Assembly (NCBI GenBank): GCA_964367815.1
Contig: CAYIYR010000006.1
Coordinates: 1-62,503, forward strand
Length of the DNA: 62,503 bases
Direction of reading: 5' to 3'
Source: an uncultured Eubacteriales bacterium
GTDB lineage: Bacteria > Bacillota_I > Bacilli_A > RFN20 > UBA1709
The notes below the pieces were generated by a model. It saw only the letters and a program-made list of their open reading frames with translations, made no database searches and was not told the DNA's origin. A program made the position numbers and the translations under genes. This document shows positions 40,702-51,394 of this stretch, piece after piece (within the stretch, counting starts at the first letter, position 1; each line of letters opens with the position of its first letter).

Positions 40702-41205
40702 TTATCTGTATTTAACTGGTTCGACTAATGGTTCATCAATTATTTGAATTCTACGAATTTTCTGGGTACTTTTCGGTTTATCGTTGAAGTCGGTTGGAGT
40801 GCAGGCAATCGCATCAACAACTTCCATTCCTTTTACAACTTTACCAAAAGCAGCATACTGTCCATCTAAGTGGGGAGCAGCTTTATGCATAATGAAAAAT
40901 TGACTGCCAGCACTATTGGGCGCCATCGTTCTAGCCATGGAGATTACGCCAGGAGAATGTTTAAGATTGTTCGGAAAGCCATTTGATTTAAACTCGCCTT
41001 TAATCTCATAACCTGGACCGCCTTCGCCACTGCCTTCTGGATCGCCTCCTTGAATCATGAATCCTTTGATGACACGATGAAAGATTAACCCATCGTAGAA
41101 GCCTTGATTTGCCAGATAAACAAAGTTATGTGCAGTATTAGGTGCATTAACATAATCCATTTCTAATTCAATTGTTTTACCATTTTCCATCTCGATTATT
41201 ACCAT
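40702..41205 (-). CDS. ppiB: Cyclophilin-type peptidyl-prolyl isomerase
   Basis: FYDGLIFHRVIKGFMIQGGDP, SMAR, AGSQFFI, HLDGQYAAFG; start ATG 41205 (GGAGG RBS). Confidence 0.93.
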   Translation of the reverse strand: MVIIEMENGKTIELEMDYVNAPNTAHNFVYLANQGFYDGLIFHRVIKGFMIQGGDPEGSGEGGPGYEIKGEFKSNGFPNNLKHSPGVISMARTMAPNSAGSQFFIMHKAAPHLDGQYAAFGKVVKGMEVVDAIACTPTDFNDKPKSTQKIRRIQIIDEPLVEPVKYR

Positions 41206-41338
41206 ATAATTTCCTCCTGGAGTGTATTTAATTATGATTATAGCAACAATGTGAAAAATAGGCAATTACTTACGGCTTATGTTTTTCTACACAGAGTAGA
41301 AAAAATAGAGTATAATCTTAATATTGAAGGTGATGCAT

Positions 41339-43303
41339 ATGAAATATTTTATGAAGAAAAATTGGATTTCCGTTGTTGTGGGGGTAATCTTACTTATCGT
41401 TCCCTATATTCTAAATGGAATTTCTAATAATAACTATGAACAGGATTTGTTTAGTTTCAACAGTTATAATGTCCAGGCCCAGATTGAAGAAGATGGCGGT
41501 CTGTGGATTACCGAAACAATCAATGTAACTTTTGATCGACAAGCTGAAGGAGCTTTCTATCGGGATGTAGTAACCTCGAAGAATAATAATGGTCAAACAG
41601 CGAATACTTCTACTTTTGTAACTAGTGATGCTAAGATGCGTATTATGAAATCAAATGGTGATGTAGTATATGATTCTTCTACGGGAATTACGGATAGTAA
41701 GGTTGTCAAATATGTTGGCTATTCCTGGAAAGATGATCGTGATGATTTAGGTAAGTCGGTAAAATGTGCTAGTGAGTATGGAAGTAATTGTGAGTGCTTC
41801 TTCTCTTATGTACCAGCCGCAAGTTATCCGACAAGAATTTATGAATTCACTTATCACTATGAGGGAGCGGTGTCTACCTATAAAGATATTAGTGAATTAA
41901 ACTGGAATTTCTTTGATAATTCAAAGAATTCTGTTTCAGTCCGTAATGTCGATGTTTCGATCAAGTTTCCAACCGCAATTGCTAATACGGACAATATCTA
42001 TTTCTATGGGCATGGATCAAATGGTTCTCTTACCAGTTTAACGGGTGAAGAAGTTAAGTTTAGCATTGACAAGTTGTTACCATCTCATGTGGTCGAATGC
42101 CGTATTCTCTTTCCAACATTAGGTAAAGCCAATGTTGCTGAAAAGAATTATCAAGATACTAATAAACTTCAATATTTCCTTGATGCCGAAGCTGCTATTC
42201 AAAAAGGAGACGTCACCGAGAATGTTATCAATGTTATTTCTTTGATTGTTGGTATCGCTGGCGTATTAGCAGTTATTGGATTATCTTATCTAGCCTATCG
42301 AAAGTTTGACAAAGAGTTGAAACCGAATTTTGATAGTGAATACTATCGCGAATTACCAGCAACTTATCCACCATGCGAGATGGGTTATCTCATCAATTTC
42401 CGTGATTTAGAGAAGAATGATTTAAGTGCTACTTTGATGGATTTGGTCAGAAGAGGCTTTATAAGAATCGATTATGAAGGTCAAAGCTTAACCGCTAAGA
42501 ATCCAAACTATACAATGGTTTATGACCCAACTAAAGATACTTCTTCCTTGAAATCATACGAGGTATATCTATTGAAGTGGTTCTTCCAAACTATTGGTCA
42601 AGATAATGTCTTGACACTTGATGAATTAGATAATTATTGCCGGAAGAATGCGAACGCTGAAACCTACAAGAATTGCAATGATAGATGGGTCCATATGGCT
42701 AAAAACGAAGCAAGTAAGAATGATTTCTTTGATAAGAGTGCCGAGAAAGGCAGCTTACGTTATGTTGGTTATGCGGCTTCCATAGTGGTCCTTGGTGTCC
42801 TTTTGGTTATTTTAGGATTGGGTGGTAAGGTGTTTGCACTATATGTTAGTGGGCCTGTTCTATGTTCTTCAGTTATCATGCTTTCTTATTGCAAGCATAT
42901 TAAGCGCCGCAGTAAGCAGGGCAATGAAGAGTATACAATGTGGATGGCTTTTAAACATTTCTTAGAAGAGTTCTCTCATTTTGAAGATTATCCAATGCCT
43001 TCCATTGAGATATGGCAACATTATATGGTTTATGCTGTTTCCTTTGGAATTGCTGATTTGGTAGAAAAACAACTGAGATTTAAATTCAAAGATACTAAGC
43101 TACCAGAAGAGTATGAAAAACAGTTCTATGGCTATAGCAGATTCAACACCTATATGATTTTGAGAATGAATAGAACTTATGTTTATGCCGCCACTTCATT
43201 ACAACAAGTTAGAGCGGCAAAAGTATCTAGTTCCGGTGGTCGAGGCGGATTCGGCGGCGGTCGTTCATTTGGCGGTGGCGGCGGTGGCGCTCGCGGTCGT
43301 TAG
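41339..43303 (+). CDS. DUF2207-family membrane protein
   Basis: ELNWNF, ATLMDLVRRG, WMAFKHFL, IWQHYMVYAVSFG, Gly-rich tail; next to lemA. Confidence 0.85.
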   Translation: MKYFMKKNWISVVVGVILLIVPYILNGISNNNYEQDLFSFNSYNVQAQIEEDGGLWITETINVTFDRQAEGAFYRDVVTSKNNNGQTANTSTFVTSDAKMRIMKSNGDVVYDSSTGITDSKVVKYVGYSWKDDRDDLGKSVKCASEYGSNCECFFSYVPAASYPTRIYEFTYHYEGAVSTYKDISELNWNFFDNSKNSVSVRNVDVSIKFPTAIANTDNIYFYGHGSNGSLTSLTGEEVKFSIDKLLPSHVVECRILFPTLGKANVAEKNYQDTNKLQYFLDAEAAIQKGDVTENVINVISLIVGIAGVLAVIGLSYLAYRKFDKELKPNFDSEYYRELPATYPPCEMGYLINFRDLEKNDLSATLMDLVRRGFIRIDYEGQSLTAKNPNYTMVYDPTKDTSSLKSYEVYLLKWFFQTIGQDNVLTLDELDNYCRKNANAETYKNCNDRWVHMAKNEASKNDFFDKSAEKGSLRYVGYAASIVVLGVLLVILGLGGKVFALYVSGPVLCSSVIMLSYCKHIKRRSKQGNEEYTMWMAFKHFLEEFSHFEDYPMPSIEIWQHYMVYAVSFGIADLVEKQLRFKFKDTKLPEEYEKQFYGYSRFNTYMILRMNRTYVYAATSLQQVRAAKVSSSGGRGGFGGGRSFGGGGGGARGR

Positions 43304-43365
43304 TTGTTGTTTTTAACAAACATTTGTGATAAGATAAAAAGCGCAAGCAAAAGGAGTGATATTTA

Positions 43366-44001
43366 ATGTTTGATTTACCAATTCTATTAAGCGTTGGAGC
43401 TATTATTGGAATTATTATTGCGGCAGTGTTCGTTATATTAATTATTGCTGTTATTTGGTTATTATGGAGTAAATACAACCAATTAGTTAAGGCCCGTAAC
43501 AAAGTGAAGAATTCTTGGAGTCAGATTGATGTCCAATTACAAAGAAGATTTGATTTAATCCCTAACTTAGCTGAGACTGTAAAAGGTTATGCTAAGCATG
43601 AAGAAAGTATTTTAGGCGATTTTGCGAAAGCTCGTTCTCTCTATGATAGAGCCAAAGCAAGCAACGATGTCAAGGGAATGGCTACTGCTGATAACATGCT
43701 AACCCAAACTCTTGGAAGTTTAATGATGGTTAATGAACGTTATCCAGAATTGAAAGCTGATGCTCAATTCATCCAACTATCTGCTGATCTAAAAGAGACC
43801 GAGAACAAAGTATCTTATACCAGACAGTTCTACAATGATGTCGTTTTAACTTATAACAACTTGAGAGAAGTATTCCCAACTATCATTATTGCTAACATGT
43901 TTGGATTTAAGGCCGAAGAGTTCTTCAAAGTCGATAGTGAAGAAGTTAAGAAAGCCCCAAAAGTTAGTTTCACCGATGATAAGCCTACTGAAACAAAGTA
44001 A
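43366..44001 (+). CDS. lemA: LemA family protein
   Basis: YNQLV, WSQIDVQLQRRFDLIPNL, ERYPELKA, RQFYNDVV. Confidence 0.93.
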   Translation: MFDLPILLSVGAIIGIIIAAVFVILIIAVIWLLWSKYNQLVKARNKVKNSWSQIDVQLQRRFDLIPNLAETVKGYAKHEESILGDFAKARSLYDRAKASNDVKGMATADNMLTQTLGSLMMVNERYPELKADAQFIQLSADLKETENKVSYTRQFYNDVVLTYNNLREVFPTIIIANMFGFKAEEFFKVDSEEVKKAPKVSFTDDKPTETK

Positions 44002-44120
44002 AGAATAAGATCGATTGAATTCAATAAATGAGCAGCTAAATTTAGCTGCTTTTTTTGTGCTGCTGTCATTTTTCGACAAATGCCGACAATGTAGAGGTCT
44101 ATAATACAATTGGTGATAAG

Positions 44121-44792
44121 ATGAAAAAGAAGCTTTTAGCAGCTGCACTTGTGGTAGGAGTTAGTAGTTTACTTGTCCCCAAGCAGACATATACAAATAA
44201 GTATGCTTCCTTACTTCAATATGATTTTATTGCTGCTATCGAGAATCGACTTGGAGCTCTTTCAAACTATGAGCCTTATCGTGAAGAAATAAAGATAATA
44301 GAAACCGAATATATTACTATGCGCAATACTTATAATTTAGCTGATTACGGAGAAGAAGAGATTACCAACAATACCGTTTGTTATCTTAATGGAACCAAGC
44401 TTACCAACTATTCTGATGCAAATCAAATTAATCTACAGATACTAGCAAATTCCGATGAACTGAGAATTTTGTATGACTATGATGAAACTATTAGTATGTC
44501 AAGTAATTCATTAACAATTGAGCTAGATTCTCAGCAGTGGTTTCTCAAATATTCTACCCAAGATTATAGTCTAAAATACATCGGAACTAATCAATATTGT
44601 ATTCAGATTAGAACAACAAAAAGTCAAGAAAATTATAGCATTATTTATGTTTCAGATGGTATGACATATCATTATGATGAACAAGGATTATTTGTCTATA
44701 ATAAAAATTTAGAATTGCAAGAGAATGATAATGCTTATAAAGAAGAAGATATTAAAAAAATGATGTTTGTTTTATTAGAAAATTTCACATAA
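44121..44792 (+). CDS. Hypothetical exported protein
   Basis: MKKKLLAAALVVGVSSLL signal peptide; TATAAT upstream. Confidence 0.65.
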   Translation: MKKKLLAAALVVGVSSLLVPKQTYTNKYASLLQYDFIAAIENRLGALSNYEPYREEIKIIETEYITMRNTYNLADYGEEEITNNTVCYLNGTKLTNYSDANQINLQILANSDELRILYDYDETISMSSNSLTIELDSQQWFLKYSTQDYSLKYIGTNQYCIQIRTTKSQENYSIIYVSDGMTYHYDEQGLFVYNKNLELQENDNAYKEEDIKKMMFVLLENFT

Positions 44793-44834
44793 TCTCGGAA
44801 ATAATGTATACTAAAGAAAGAATGGAGTGATTGT

Positions 44835-45224
44835 ATGCGTATAAGAGTAAAAGAAGTTTCAGCTGAGTGGGCGGTGAAAACTTTTGGACGCTACTTTCGT
44901 AATGCTTCTTCAAGTGATAATCAATATCTGTGTTCCCTGGATAATAATATATTCAAGAGTGGCATTGTCAGTTATCACTTTGTTAATGAAGCAATTGTGA
45001 TGGATGATATTATAGTTAAAAATAATTTTTTTAGAAATAATGAATTGATTAGCTATTGCTTGTTTGCTAATCTGGTAAAGCTAGCGAAAAAAAAGAATAT
45101 TAATGAAATCTATGTTTATGTTAATCCAAGTAGTTTACGCTCACAAAAGAGATTATTAGACTGGCGTTTTACGTATCTTGAAGATGTTGACCAACAATGC
45201 AAGTATTTGTACAAAGTAGAATGA
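44835..45224 (+). CDS. Hypothetical protein, possibly a degenerate GNAT fold
   Basis: GGAG RBS; MDDIIV..., LAKKKNINEIYVYVNPSSLRSQKRLLDWRF resembles a GNAT C-terminus but lacks the GxG motif. Confidence 0.5.
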   Translation: MRIRVKEVSAEWAVKTFGRYFRNASSSDNQYLCSLDNNIFKSGIVSYHFVNEAIVMDDIIVKNNFFRNNELISYCLFANLVKLAKKKNINEIYVYVNPSSLRSQKRLLDWRFTYLEDVDQQCKYLYKVE

Positions 45225-45253
45225 AATAGTGGTATCATTATTAAGGTGATATC

Positions 45254-45721
45254 ATGAAAGACTTTATTAAGAAACTATTCTCACATGAAATAATCCGCTT
45301 CATTATTGCTGGCGGGATAAATACTTTATTGGGTGGTATTCTTTTACCGACCCTTTTTAATTTGGCTTTTGGGAAGATGATTTTATTTACCTTCCTTTCT
45401 ACTAATGCATATTGGGGTTTACTTGTTGGTTATTTGCTCTGGTTTATTCCTGCATACTTTATTCAAATAAAATTTGTTTTTAAAACAAAATTTCAACTTG
45501 TTCGTTTCATAGCCTATCCATTCACCCAAATTCCTAATTTCATAATTAATAGTCTTTTCTATTACTTGTTCGGTGATATATGTGGTCTCAACAGTGGAAT
45601 CTATGATTTTATCGCACTGGGATTGGCGGCAGCCATCACCGTACCAATAATGTTTGTACTTGTTAGATTAGTAGTGAAAGCAAAACCAAAAAAAGATGAA
45701 AAAAAAGGTCCTAGTGAATAG
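45254..45721 (+). CDS. GtrA-family membrane protein
   Basis: EIIRFIIAGGINT, KFVFK, 4 TM. Confidence 0.8.
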   Translation: MKDFIKKLFSHEIIRFIIAGGINTLLGGILLPTLFNLAFGKMILFTFLSTNAYWGLLVGYLLWFIPAYFIQIKFVFKTKFQLVRFIAYPFTQIPNFIINSLFYYLFGDICGLNSGIYDFIALGLAAAITVPIMFVLVRLVVKAKPKKDEKKGPSE

Positions 45722-45741
45722 GTCCTTTTTATTTATACATA

Positions 45742-48369
45742 TTATCTTGGATTGTTAATTTGTGCTTGTGCAGCTGCAAGTCGTGCAAGTGGTACACGAT
45801 AAGGTGAGCAAGAAACATAATCTAATCCGGTACGATGACAGAAATCAATTGAACTTGGGTCGCCACCATGCTCGCCACAAATACCTAAGTGGAGGTCTGG
45901 TCTTGTTTGTCTTCCTAAGCGACAAGCCATGTCAATTAGTTTTCCAACACCACGTTGGTCTAATCTAGCGAAAGGATCGTTTTGATAAATCTTATTATCA
46001 TAGTAGGCATCTAAGAATTTCCCAGCATCATCACGGCTGAAACCGAAAGTCATCTGTGTCAAGTCATTGGTACCAAAACTGAAGAATGCTGCCTCTTTGG
46101 CAATCTCATCAGCTAATAGGGCGGCCCGCGGAATTTCAATCATGGTTCCAACTAAATAAGTTAGCTTTCTTCCACTCTTAGCAATAATCTCATCGGCAAC
46201 ACGAACGACAATATCCTTAACAAATTTCATTTCCTTGGGTTCTCCAACTAATGGAATCATGATTTCTGGAACTAGTTTCCATTGTGGATGTCTATTCGAT
46301 ACATTAATTGCCGCTTCAATCACTGCTCTTGTTTGCATCTCAGCAATCTCTGGATAGGTAACTGCTAATCGGCAACCTCTGTGTCCCATCATAGGATTGA
46401 ATTCGTGCAATTTCACAATTGTAGCTTTTACTTCCTCAACACTGACATTGAGATCTTTCGCAAGTTCAACAATATCGGCTTCTTGAGTAGGCAAGAATTC
46501 ATGTAGTGGTGGATCGAGATATCTGATAGTAACTGGTCTTTCTTCCATGGCCTCATAGATGCCTTCAAAATCACTTCTTTGCATTGGTAAAATCTTTGCT
46601 AAGGCCATTTCGCGTTGCTCTTTTGTCTTGGCGAGAATCATTTCTCTAACAGCTTTGATTCTGCTAGCTTCAAAGAACATATGCTCAGTTCTTGTTAAGC
46701 CGATACCTTGAGCGCCAAATTTAACAGCAGTAGCAGCATCTTTTGGTGTGTCGGCATTGGTTCTAACTTTCAAAACTCTGACTTCATCAGCCCATTGCAT
46801 CACTCTTCCGAAATAACCAGAGATCGTTGCTTCAATTGTAGGAATTTTCCCAATATAAACAGCTCCAGTAGAACCATCAAGTGAGATAAAATCTCCTTCT
46901 TTAATTACGACATCACCTAGTTTGAGTGTTTTCTTTGCTTCATCAATCAACATATCATTGCAGCCAGCAACACAGCACTTACCCATTCCTCTAGCCACAA
47001 CAGCGGCGTGAGAAGTCATACCACCACGGGCAGTTACGATACCTTGAGAGAAATCCATTCCTTCAATATCTTCTGGAGATGTTTCGGTTCTGGCTAATAC
47101 GACTGGTTTCTTTTCCTTTGCCCATTTAACGGCATCGGCGGCATTAAATACAACATGTCCACAAGCAGCACCTGGGGAAGCTGGTAACCCTTGTCCATCA
47201 ATCTTTAGACCTTTTAATACTTTTGGATCAAAAGTTGGATGTAAGAGGGTATCTAATTGAGCCGGTTCTACTAGCATTAAGGCTTCTTCTTTAGTAACTA
47301 AGCCTTCATCGAACATATCACAAGCAATTTTCAAAGCTGCATGAGCAGTTCTCTTACCATTTCTGGTTTGTAGCATATAAAGCTTGCGGTTTTCAATTGT
47401 GAATTCCATGTCCTGCATATTTTTATAATGATTTTCAAGATTTTTAGCAGCAGTACAGAACTCTTCATAAACTTCAGGCATAATCTTTTTTAATTCATCA
47501 ATTCCTAGTGGTGTTCTAATACCAGCAACAACATCTTCGCCTTGGGCATTGATCAAGAATTCACCAAATATATGGTTATCACCATTGGCTGGATTACGAG
47601 AGAAGGCCACACCAGTACCACAATCATTTCCCATGTTACCAAAGACCATCATTTGAACGTTGACAGCCGTACCAATATCATGAGGAATATCATTCAATTT
47701 ACGGTAGTAAATAGCTCTAGCATTGTTCCAAGAACGGAAGACAGCTTTAACTGCTTCCAAAAGTTGAGTACTAGGATCAGTAGGGAAATCTTCTCCTTTT
47801 AGTTCTTTGTATTTTGCCTTATATAGTTCAACAATTGTTTTTAAATTATCAGCTGTTAAGTCGGTATCCATCTTACAACCATGTTTGGCTTTCTCACCAT
47901 CCAAGATTTTATCAAATTCTTCTTTTCCAAGTTCTTGGACAACGTCAGCATACATTTGGATGAAACGGCGATATGAGTCATAAACAAAGCGATTATTTCC
48001 GCTTTTAGCAATCATTCCAGCTGCGACTTCATCATTTATACCAAGATTTAAAACTGTATCCATCATGCCAGGCATAGAGATTCTTGCTCCTGAACGAACG
48101 GAAACTAATAGTGGATTATTTGGATCACCAAACTTTTTACCAGAAACCTTCTCCAATTGGACCATTTTTTCTTGAATTTGTTTTACAATCTCATCTGCTA
48201 TTTTTTCCTTATCAGCATAATAGCGATTACAGGCTTCAGTAGTTACAGTGAAACCTTGGGGAACTGGCATACCCGCATTGGTCATATTGGCCAAACCGGC
48301 CCCTTTACCACCAAGCAAGTCTTTCATTGTGCCATTGCCTTCGCTAAAGAAATATACATATTTTCTCAT
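45742..48369 (-). CDS. ppdK: Pyruvate, phosphate dikinase
   Basis: LLGGKGAGL, SVRSGARISMPGMMDT, GGMTSHAAVVARG, SFGTNDLTQ, CGEHGG. Confidence 0.98.
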   Translation of the reverse strand: MRKYVYFFSEGNGTMKDLLGGKGAGLANMTNAGMPVPQGFTVTTEACNRYYADKEKIADEIVKQIQEKMVQLEKVSGKKFGDPNNPLLVSVRSGARISMPGMMDTVLNLGINDEVAAGMIAKSGNNRFVYDSYRRFIQMYADVVQELGKEEFDKILDGEKAKHGCKMDTDLTADNLKTIVELYKAKYKELKGEDFPTDPSTQLLEAVKAVFRSWNNARAIYYRKLNDIPHDIGTAVNVQMMVFGNMGNDCGTGVAFSRNPANGDNHIFGEFLINAQGEDVVAGIRTPLGIDELKKIMPEVYEEFCTAAKNLENHYKNMQDMEFTIENRKLYMLQTRNGKRTAHAALKIACDMFDEGLVTKEEALMLVEPAQLDTLLHPTFDPKVLKGLKIDGQGLPASPGAACGHVVFNAADAVKWAKEKKPVVLARTETSPEDIEGMDFSQGIVTARGGMTSHAAVVARGMGKCCVAGCNDMLIDEAKKTLKLGDVVIKEGDFISLDGSTGAVYIGKIPTIEATISGYFGRVMQWADEVRVLKVRTNADTPKDAATAVKFGAQGIGLTRTEHMFFEASRIKAVREMILAKTKEQREMALAKILPMQRSDFEGIYEAMEERPVTIRYLDPPLHEFLPTQEADIVELAKDLNVSVEEVKATIVKLHEFNPMMGHRGCRLAVTYPEIAEMQTRAVIEAAINVSNRHPQWKLVPEIMIPLVGEPKEMKFVKDIVVRVADEIIAKSGRKLTYLVGTMIEIPRAALLADEIAKEAAFFSFGTNDLTQMTFGFSRDDAGKFLDAYYDNKIYQNDPFARLDQRGVGKLIDMACRLGRQTRPDLHLGICGEHGGDPSSIDFCHRTGLDYVSCSPYRVPLARLAAAQAQINNPR

Positions 48370-48643
48370 TTTATGATGTCCTTTCTCAATTCCCTAAGGA
48401 ATTGCATTATCATTATTATATAGTAAAGAAGTAAGCATATCAATGTAACATTGCCTAAAAAAGATTTAAAACTTTACAAAAAAATCATATAATGCATCAG
48501 TTTGTGCCATTATTTATAGCCGTTTTGCACAAAGTCATAATTTGACATTTATTGTCGCTTGGTGACAAGAAAATGTTTCTATTGTATAATGATAGTGCTG
48601 ACATATATAATTGTAATGATGTACCATCATTAGGAGTGGAAAC

Positions 48644-49804
48644 GTGAATAAAAAGAAACGCCAGAATATTATCAACATTGCCGCAATATTTGTTTGTTCT
48701 TTTTTGGTAATCTTTTTATTAATTTATAAAGATTTCTGGAATATTGTTCAAACCATCAGCACGGCCAAATGGATTTTCTTAGTTATTGCCGTTGCTGTTC
48801 AATGTATATCCTCCTTATGCGATGGCTTATCAACGATGATTTTAAGCAGACGGTATCGGCGTGATTATACCTACAAAGAAGGATTAATCAACTCAATGAT
48901 TGGTTTGTTCTTTTGCTTTATTACTCCTTCTGCTACTGGCGGTCAATTCGCCCAAATATATGTTTTTAACAAGCAGGGAATTAAAGTCGAAAAGTCAGCA
49001 AGTGTGCTTATTGTTAACTTTATTGCCTATGAGTTAGTTGTCATTCTCTTTTCTTTCTTTACGCTTGTTTTCAATTATAATTATATGTCAACAACTTTGA
49101 TGAGAATCCCAATCTTTGGCATGAATATAAGTTTTATTGTCCTAGCGATTATCGGCTTTGTTATTAATCTTGGTTGCGTTGTAGCGATTGTGACCTTGGC
49201 TTATTCCAAAGTAGCCAATAAATTTGTGCATTTTTGCATTAAAGTCTTAGCGAAGGTTAGGATTGTAAAGAGTGTTGCTAATAGAACAAAAATCATTGAT
49301 GACCGGATCCAAAGCTTCCGCGAGAACCTAGCGGATATCCGTGGGATTAGAAAGCAATTCCTCGCTGTTTGTTCAATGAATATCATTAAATTAACGACTC
49401 AATTTAGTATTCCTTTCTTCTGTGCTCTAGCTTTGGGAGTCAAAGTGGAACCAATGCAAATACTGATTATAATTGCGCTATCTTCTTATCTACAGTTGAT
49501 TACATCATTTATACCAATTCCGGGCTCTAGTGGTGGATCAGAGTTCTTCTTTTATCTCTTGTTTACCCCAATATTTGGTGCTGGCGGCGCTGTATTAGCA
49601 TCAGCAATGATTATCTGGCGTTTAATTACTTTCTATATTCCATTGATTTATTGTGGATTAATAACTTTTGTTTTCAATAAAGATCGCAAGGGAAATTTAT
49701 TGGACTATGTTCCAACTCGTCACTTGTGGTTCTTCTATCGAAATATGAGCAAAGCATTGATAATAAATGATGAGGAGAACATAGATGAAAACTACTATAA
49801 ATAG
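48644..49804 (+). CDS. UPF0104 / lysylphosphatidylglycerol-synthase TM-like (flippase-like) protein
   Basis: ITPSATGGQ, IPIPGSSGGSE, IWRLITFY. Confidence 0.85.
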   Translation: MNKKKRQNIINIAAIFVCSFLVIFLLIYKDFWNIVQTISTAKWIFLVIAVAVQCISSLCDGLSTMILSRRYRRDYTYKEGLINSMIGLFFCFITPSATGGQFAQIYVFNKQGIKVEKSASVLIVNFIAYELVVILFSFFTLVFNYNYMSTTLMRIPIFGMNISFIVLAIIGFVINLGCVVAIVTLAYSKVANKFVHFCIKVLAKVRIVKSVANRTKIIDDRIQSFRENLADIRGIRKQFLAVCSMNIIKLTTQFSIPFFCALALGVKVEPMQILIIIALSSYLQLITSFIPIPGSSGGSEFFFYLLFTPIFGAGGAVLASAMIIWRLITFYIPLIYCGLITFVFNKDRKGNLLDYVPTRHLWFFYRNMSKALIINDEENIDENYYK

Positions 49805-50393
49805 TATTAGTTTTAAAAACAAGGAAGTAGAGATTGCAACTGCTAAGAAGACTTATTCAATAAATATTGAACAATATCTTGAACATCAATATGTTGTCAA
49901 TCAAGAAGTAGAGAGTCAAGAATTAATTAAAGCAGAAAAAGAGAGTCCCAAGTACATAATTGAAGATTACGTAATGAGTCTCTTGCGCGTGCGCGATTAT
50001 TGTAGTTATCATATGCGAAAGAAATTATTAACTAAATTTCCTAATAGCCAGAAGGAAATCGAACAGGTGATTGATAAGTACCTGCAAAAAGGGCTCCTGG
50101 ATGATGCAAAATATCTCAGGGAGACTATTTCACATGATTTAGATAGATTTGTTGGTATCAAGCGAATTTATGCCAAATTAGAGGAGATGGGATTTGACCA
50201 CTCATCTATTCAAAATGCTTTAACGATTGAAGACTATGAAATTGAAAAGTGCAAAGCATTTGAGTTAGCTAAAAAGGTATCTAATCAAGCTACAGCAAAA
50301 GTCGATAGGAAGGTATATAATCGCCTGAGCTATGCTGGTTATAATGATGAATTAATTGAACAAATTATTAGTAACCTAGATTTGGTTAAGTAA
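49785..50393 (+). CDS. recX: Regulatory protein RecX
   Basis: LLRVRDY, GLLDDAKY, GIKRIYAKLEEMG, RLSYAGY. Confidence 0.75.
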   Translation: MKTTINSISFKNKEVEIATAKKTYSINIEQYLEHQYVVNQEVESQELIKAEKESPKYIIEDYVMSLLRVRDYCSYHMRKKLLTKFPNSQKEIEQVIDKYLQKGLLDDAKYLRETISHDLDRFVGIKRIYAKLEEMGFDHSSIQNALTIEDYEIEKCKAFELAKKVSNQATAKVDRKVYNRLSYAGYNDELIEQIISNLDLVK

Positions 50394-50435
50394 CTTAGCA
50401 AATTTGTGCTATAATACGGAAAAGGGAGTGAAAGT

Positions 50436-51374
50436 ATGATAATAAACTTTAAGGAAAACACTAAAATAGTGGAAAGATTATTGGTAATCAATGCTGTTAA
50501 AGGGATTACTAATGTTGGTGCACCTTATTATAATATGACTTTCCAGGATGCTACTGGGCAGATTGAAGGTCGGAAATGGGATGTTAGTGAGAATGATACA
50601 ACCGTTTTTGCGACAGGGAATATTGTGGAAATCAGTGCTGAGGTAATTAAGTATCGGACAAGTCTTCAATTGAAAGTTTTGAGCGGTAAGATACTAGATA
50701 GCAGTGAATACAATATTGTTGATTTTGTTTCTAACCCACCAGTGTCAAAGGAAAGATTACAAGTTCTATTTGGTCACTATGTTGAAAGCATTGATAATCC
50801 GGATATAAAGAAAGTTATTGAAGATATTCTTAGAACTGATTTGGTTTCTTTCCTTGTCTATCCTGCTGCTAGCCGTAATCATCACGAATATCTTTCGGGA
50901 TTATTACACCATACCGTTGGAATGCTCCAAGTGGCCGAGGCCTTGATTGGCATCTATCCTACTTTGAATCAAGATTATCTTTATGGAGGTATTATTCTTC
51001 ATGATCTTGGCAAATTAGTAGAGCTAAGCGGACCAATTATTCCAAAGTACACAACAGCTGGCAAATTATTGGGACATATTTCAATTATGCAAGCTCGGGT
51101 AGCTGAGACTTGCAAGCGGCTTGGTGTCGCTGAGGATACAGCAATTGTGCTTCAACATATGGTTCTTTCCCACCATGGTGAGAAAGAATATGGTTCACCA
51201 ATTGAACCATTGACCAGAGAAGCTGAGGTTCTTTCAATGATTGATAATCTAGATGCGCGCATTAATATGATTGATAAAGCACTGAAAGATGTACCTGAAG
51301 GAGAGTTCAGCCAACGTGTAATGGCCTTGGATGGCCGTGCATTCTATAAGACTAAATCACTAAAAAAGGATTAA
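50436..51374 (+). CDS. yhaM: 3'-5' exoribonuclease YhaM (OB + HD)
   Basis: PAASRNHHEY..GLLHHT, LHDLGK, GKLLGHI, SHHG..EYGSP. Confidence 0.92.
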   Translation: MIINFKENTKIVERLLVINAVKGITNVGAPYYNMTFQDATGQIEGRKWDVSENDTTVFATGNIVEISAEVIKYRTSLQLKVLSGKILDSSEYNIVDFVSNPPVSKERLQVLFGHYVESIDNPDIKKVIEDILRTDLVSFLVYPAASRNHHEYLSGLLHHTVGMLQVAEALIGIYPTLNQDYLYGGIILHDLGKLVELSGPIIPKYTTAGKLLGHISIMQARVAETCKRLGVAEDTAIVLQHMVLSHHGEKEYGSPIEPLTREAEVLSMIDNLDARINMIDKALKDVPEGEFSQRVMALDGRAFYKTKSLKKD

Positions 51375-51394
51375 CATTTCGTTAATCCTTTTTT
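51362..51394. terminator. Bidirectional terminator overlapping both the yhaM and hit stop codons
   Basis: AAAAAAGGATTAAC-atttc-GTTAATCCTTTTTT. Confidence 0.75.

Noticed and set aside
43230-43303. GC-rich GGC repeats
   Set aside because: This is the normal Gly-rich C-terminal tail of DUF2207 proteins.
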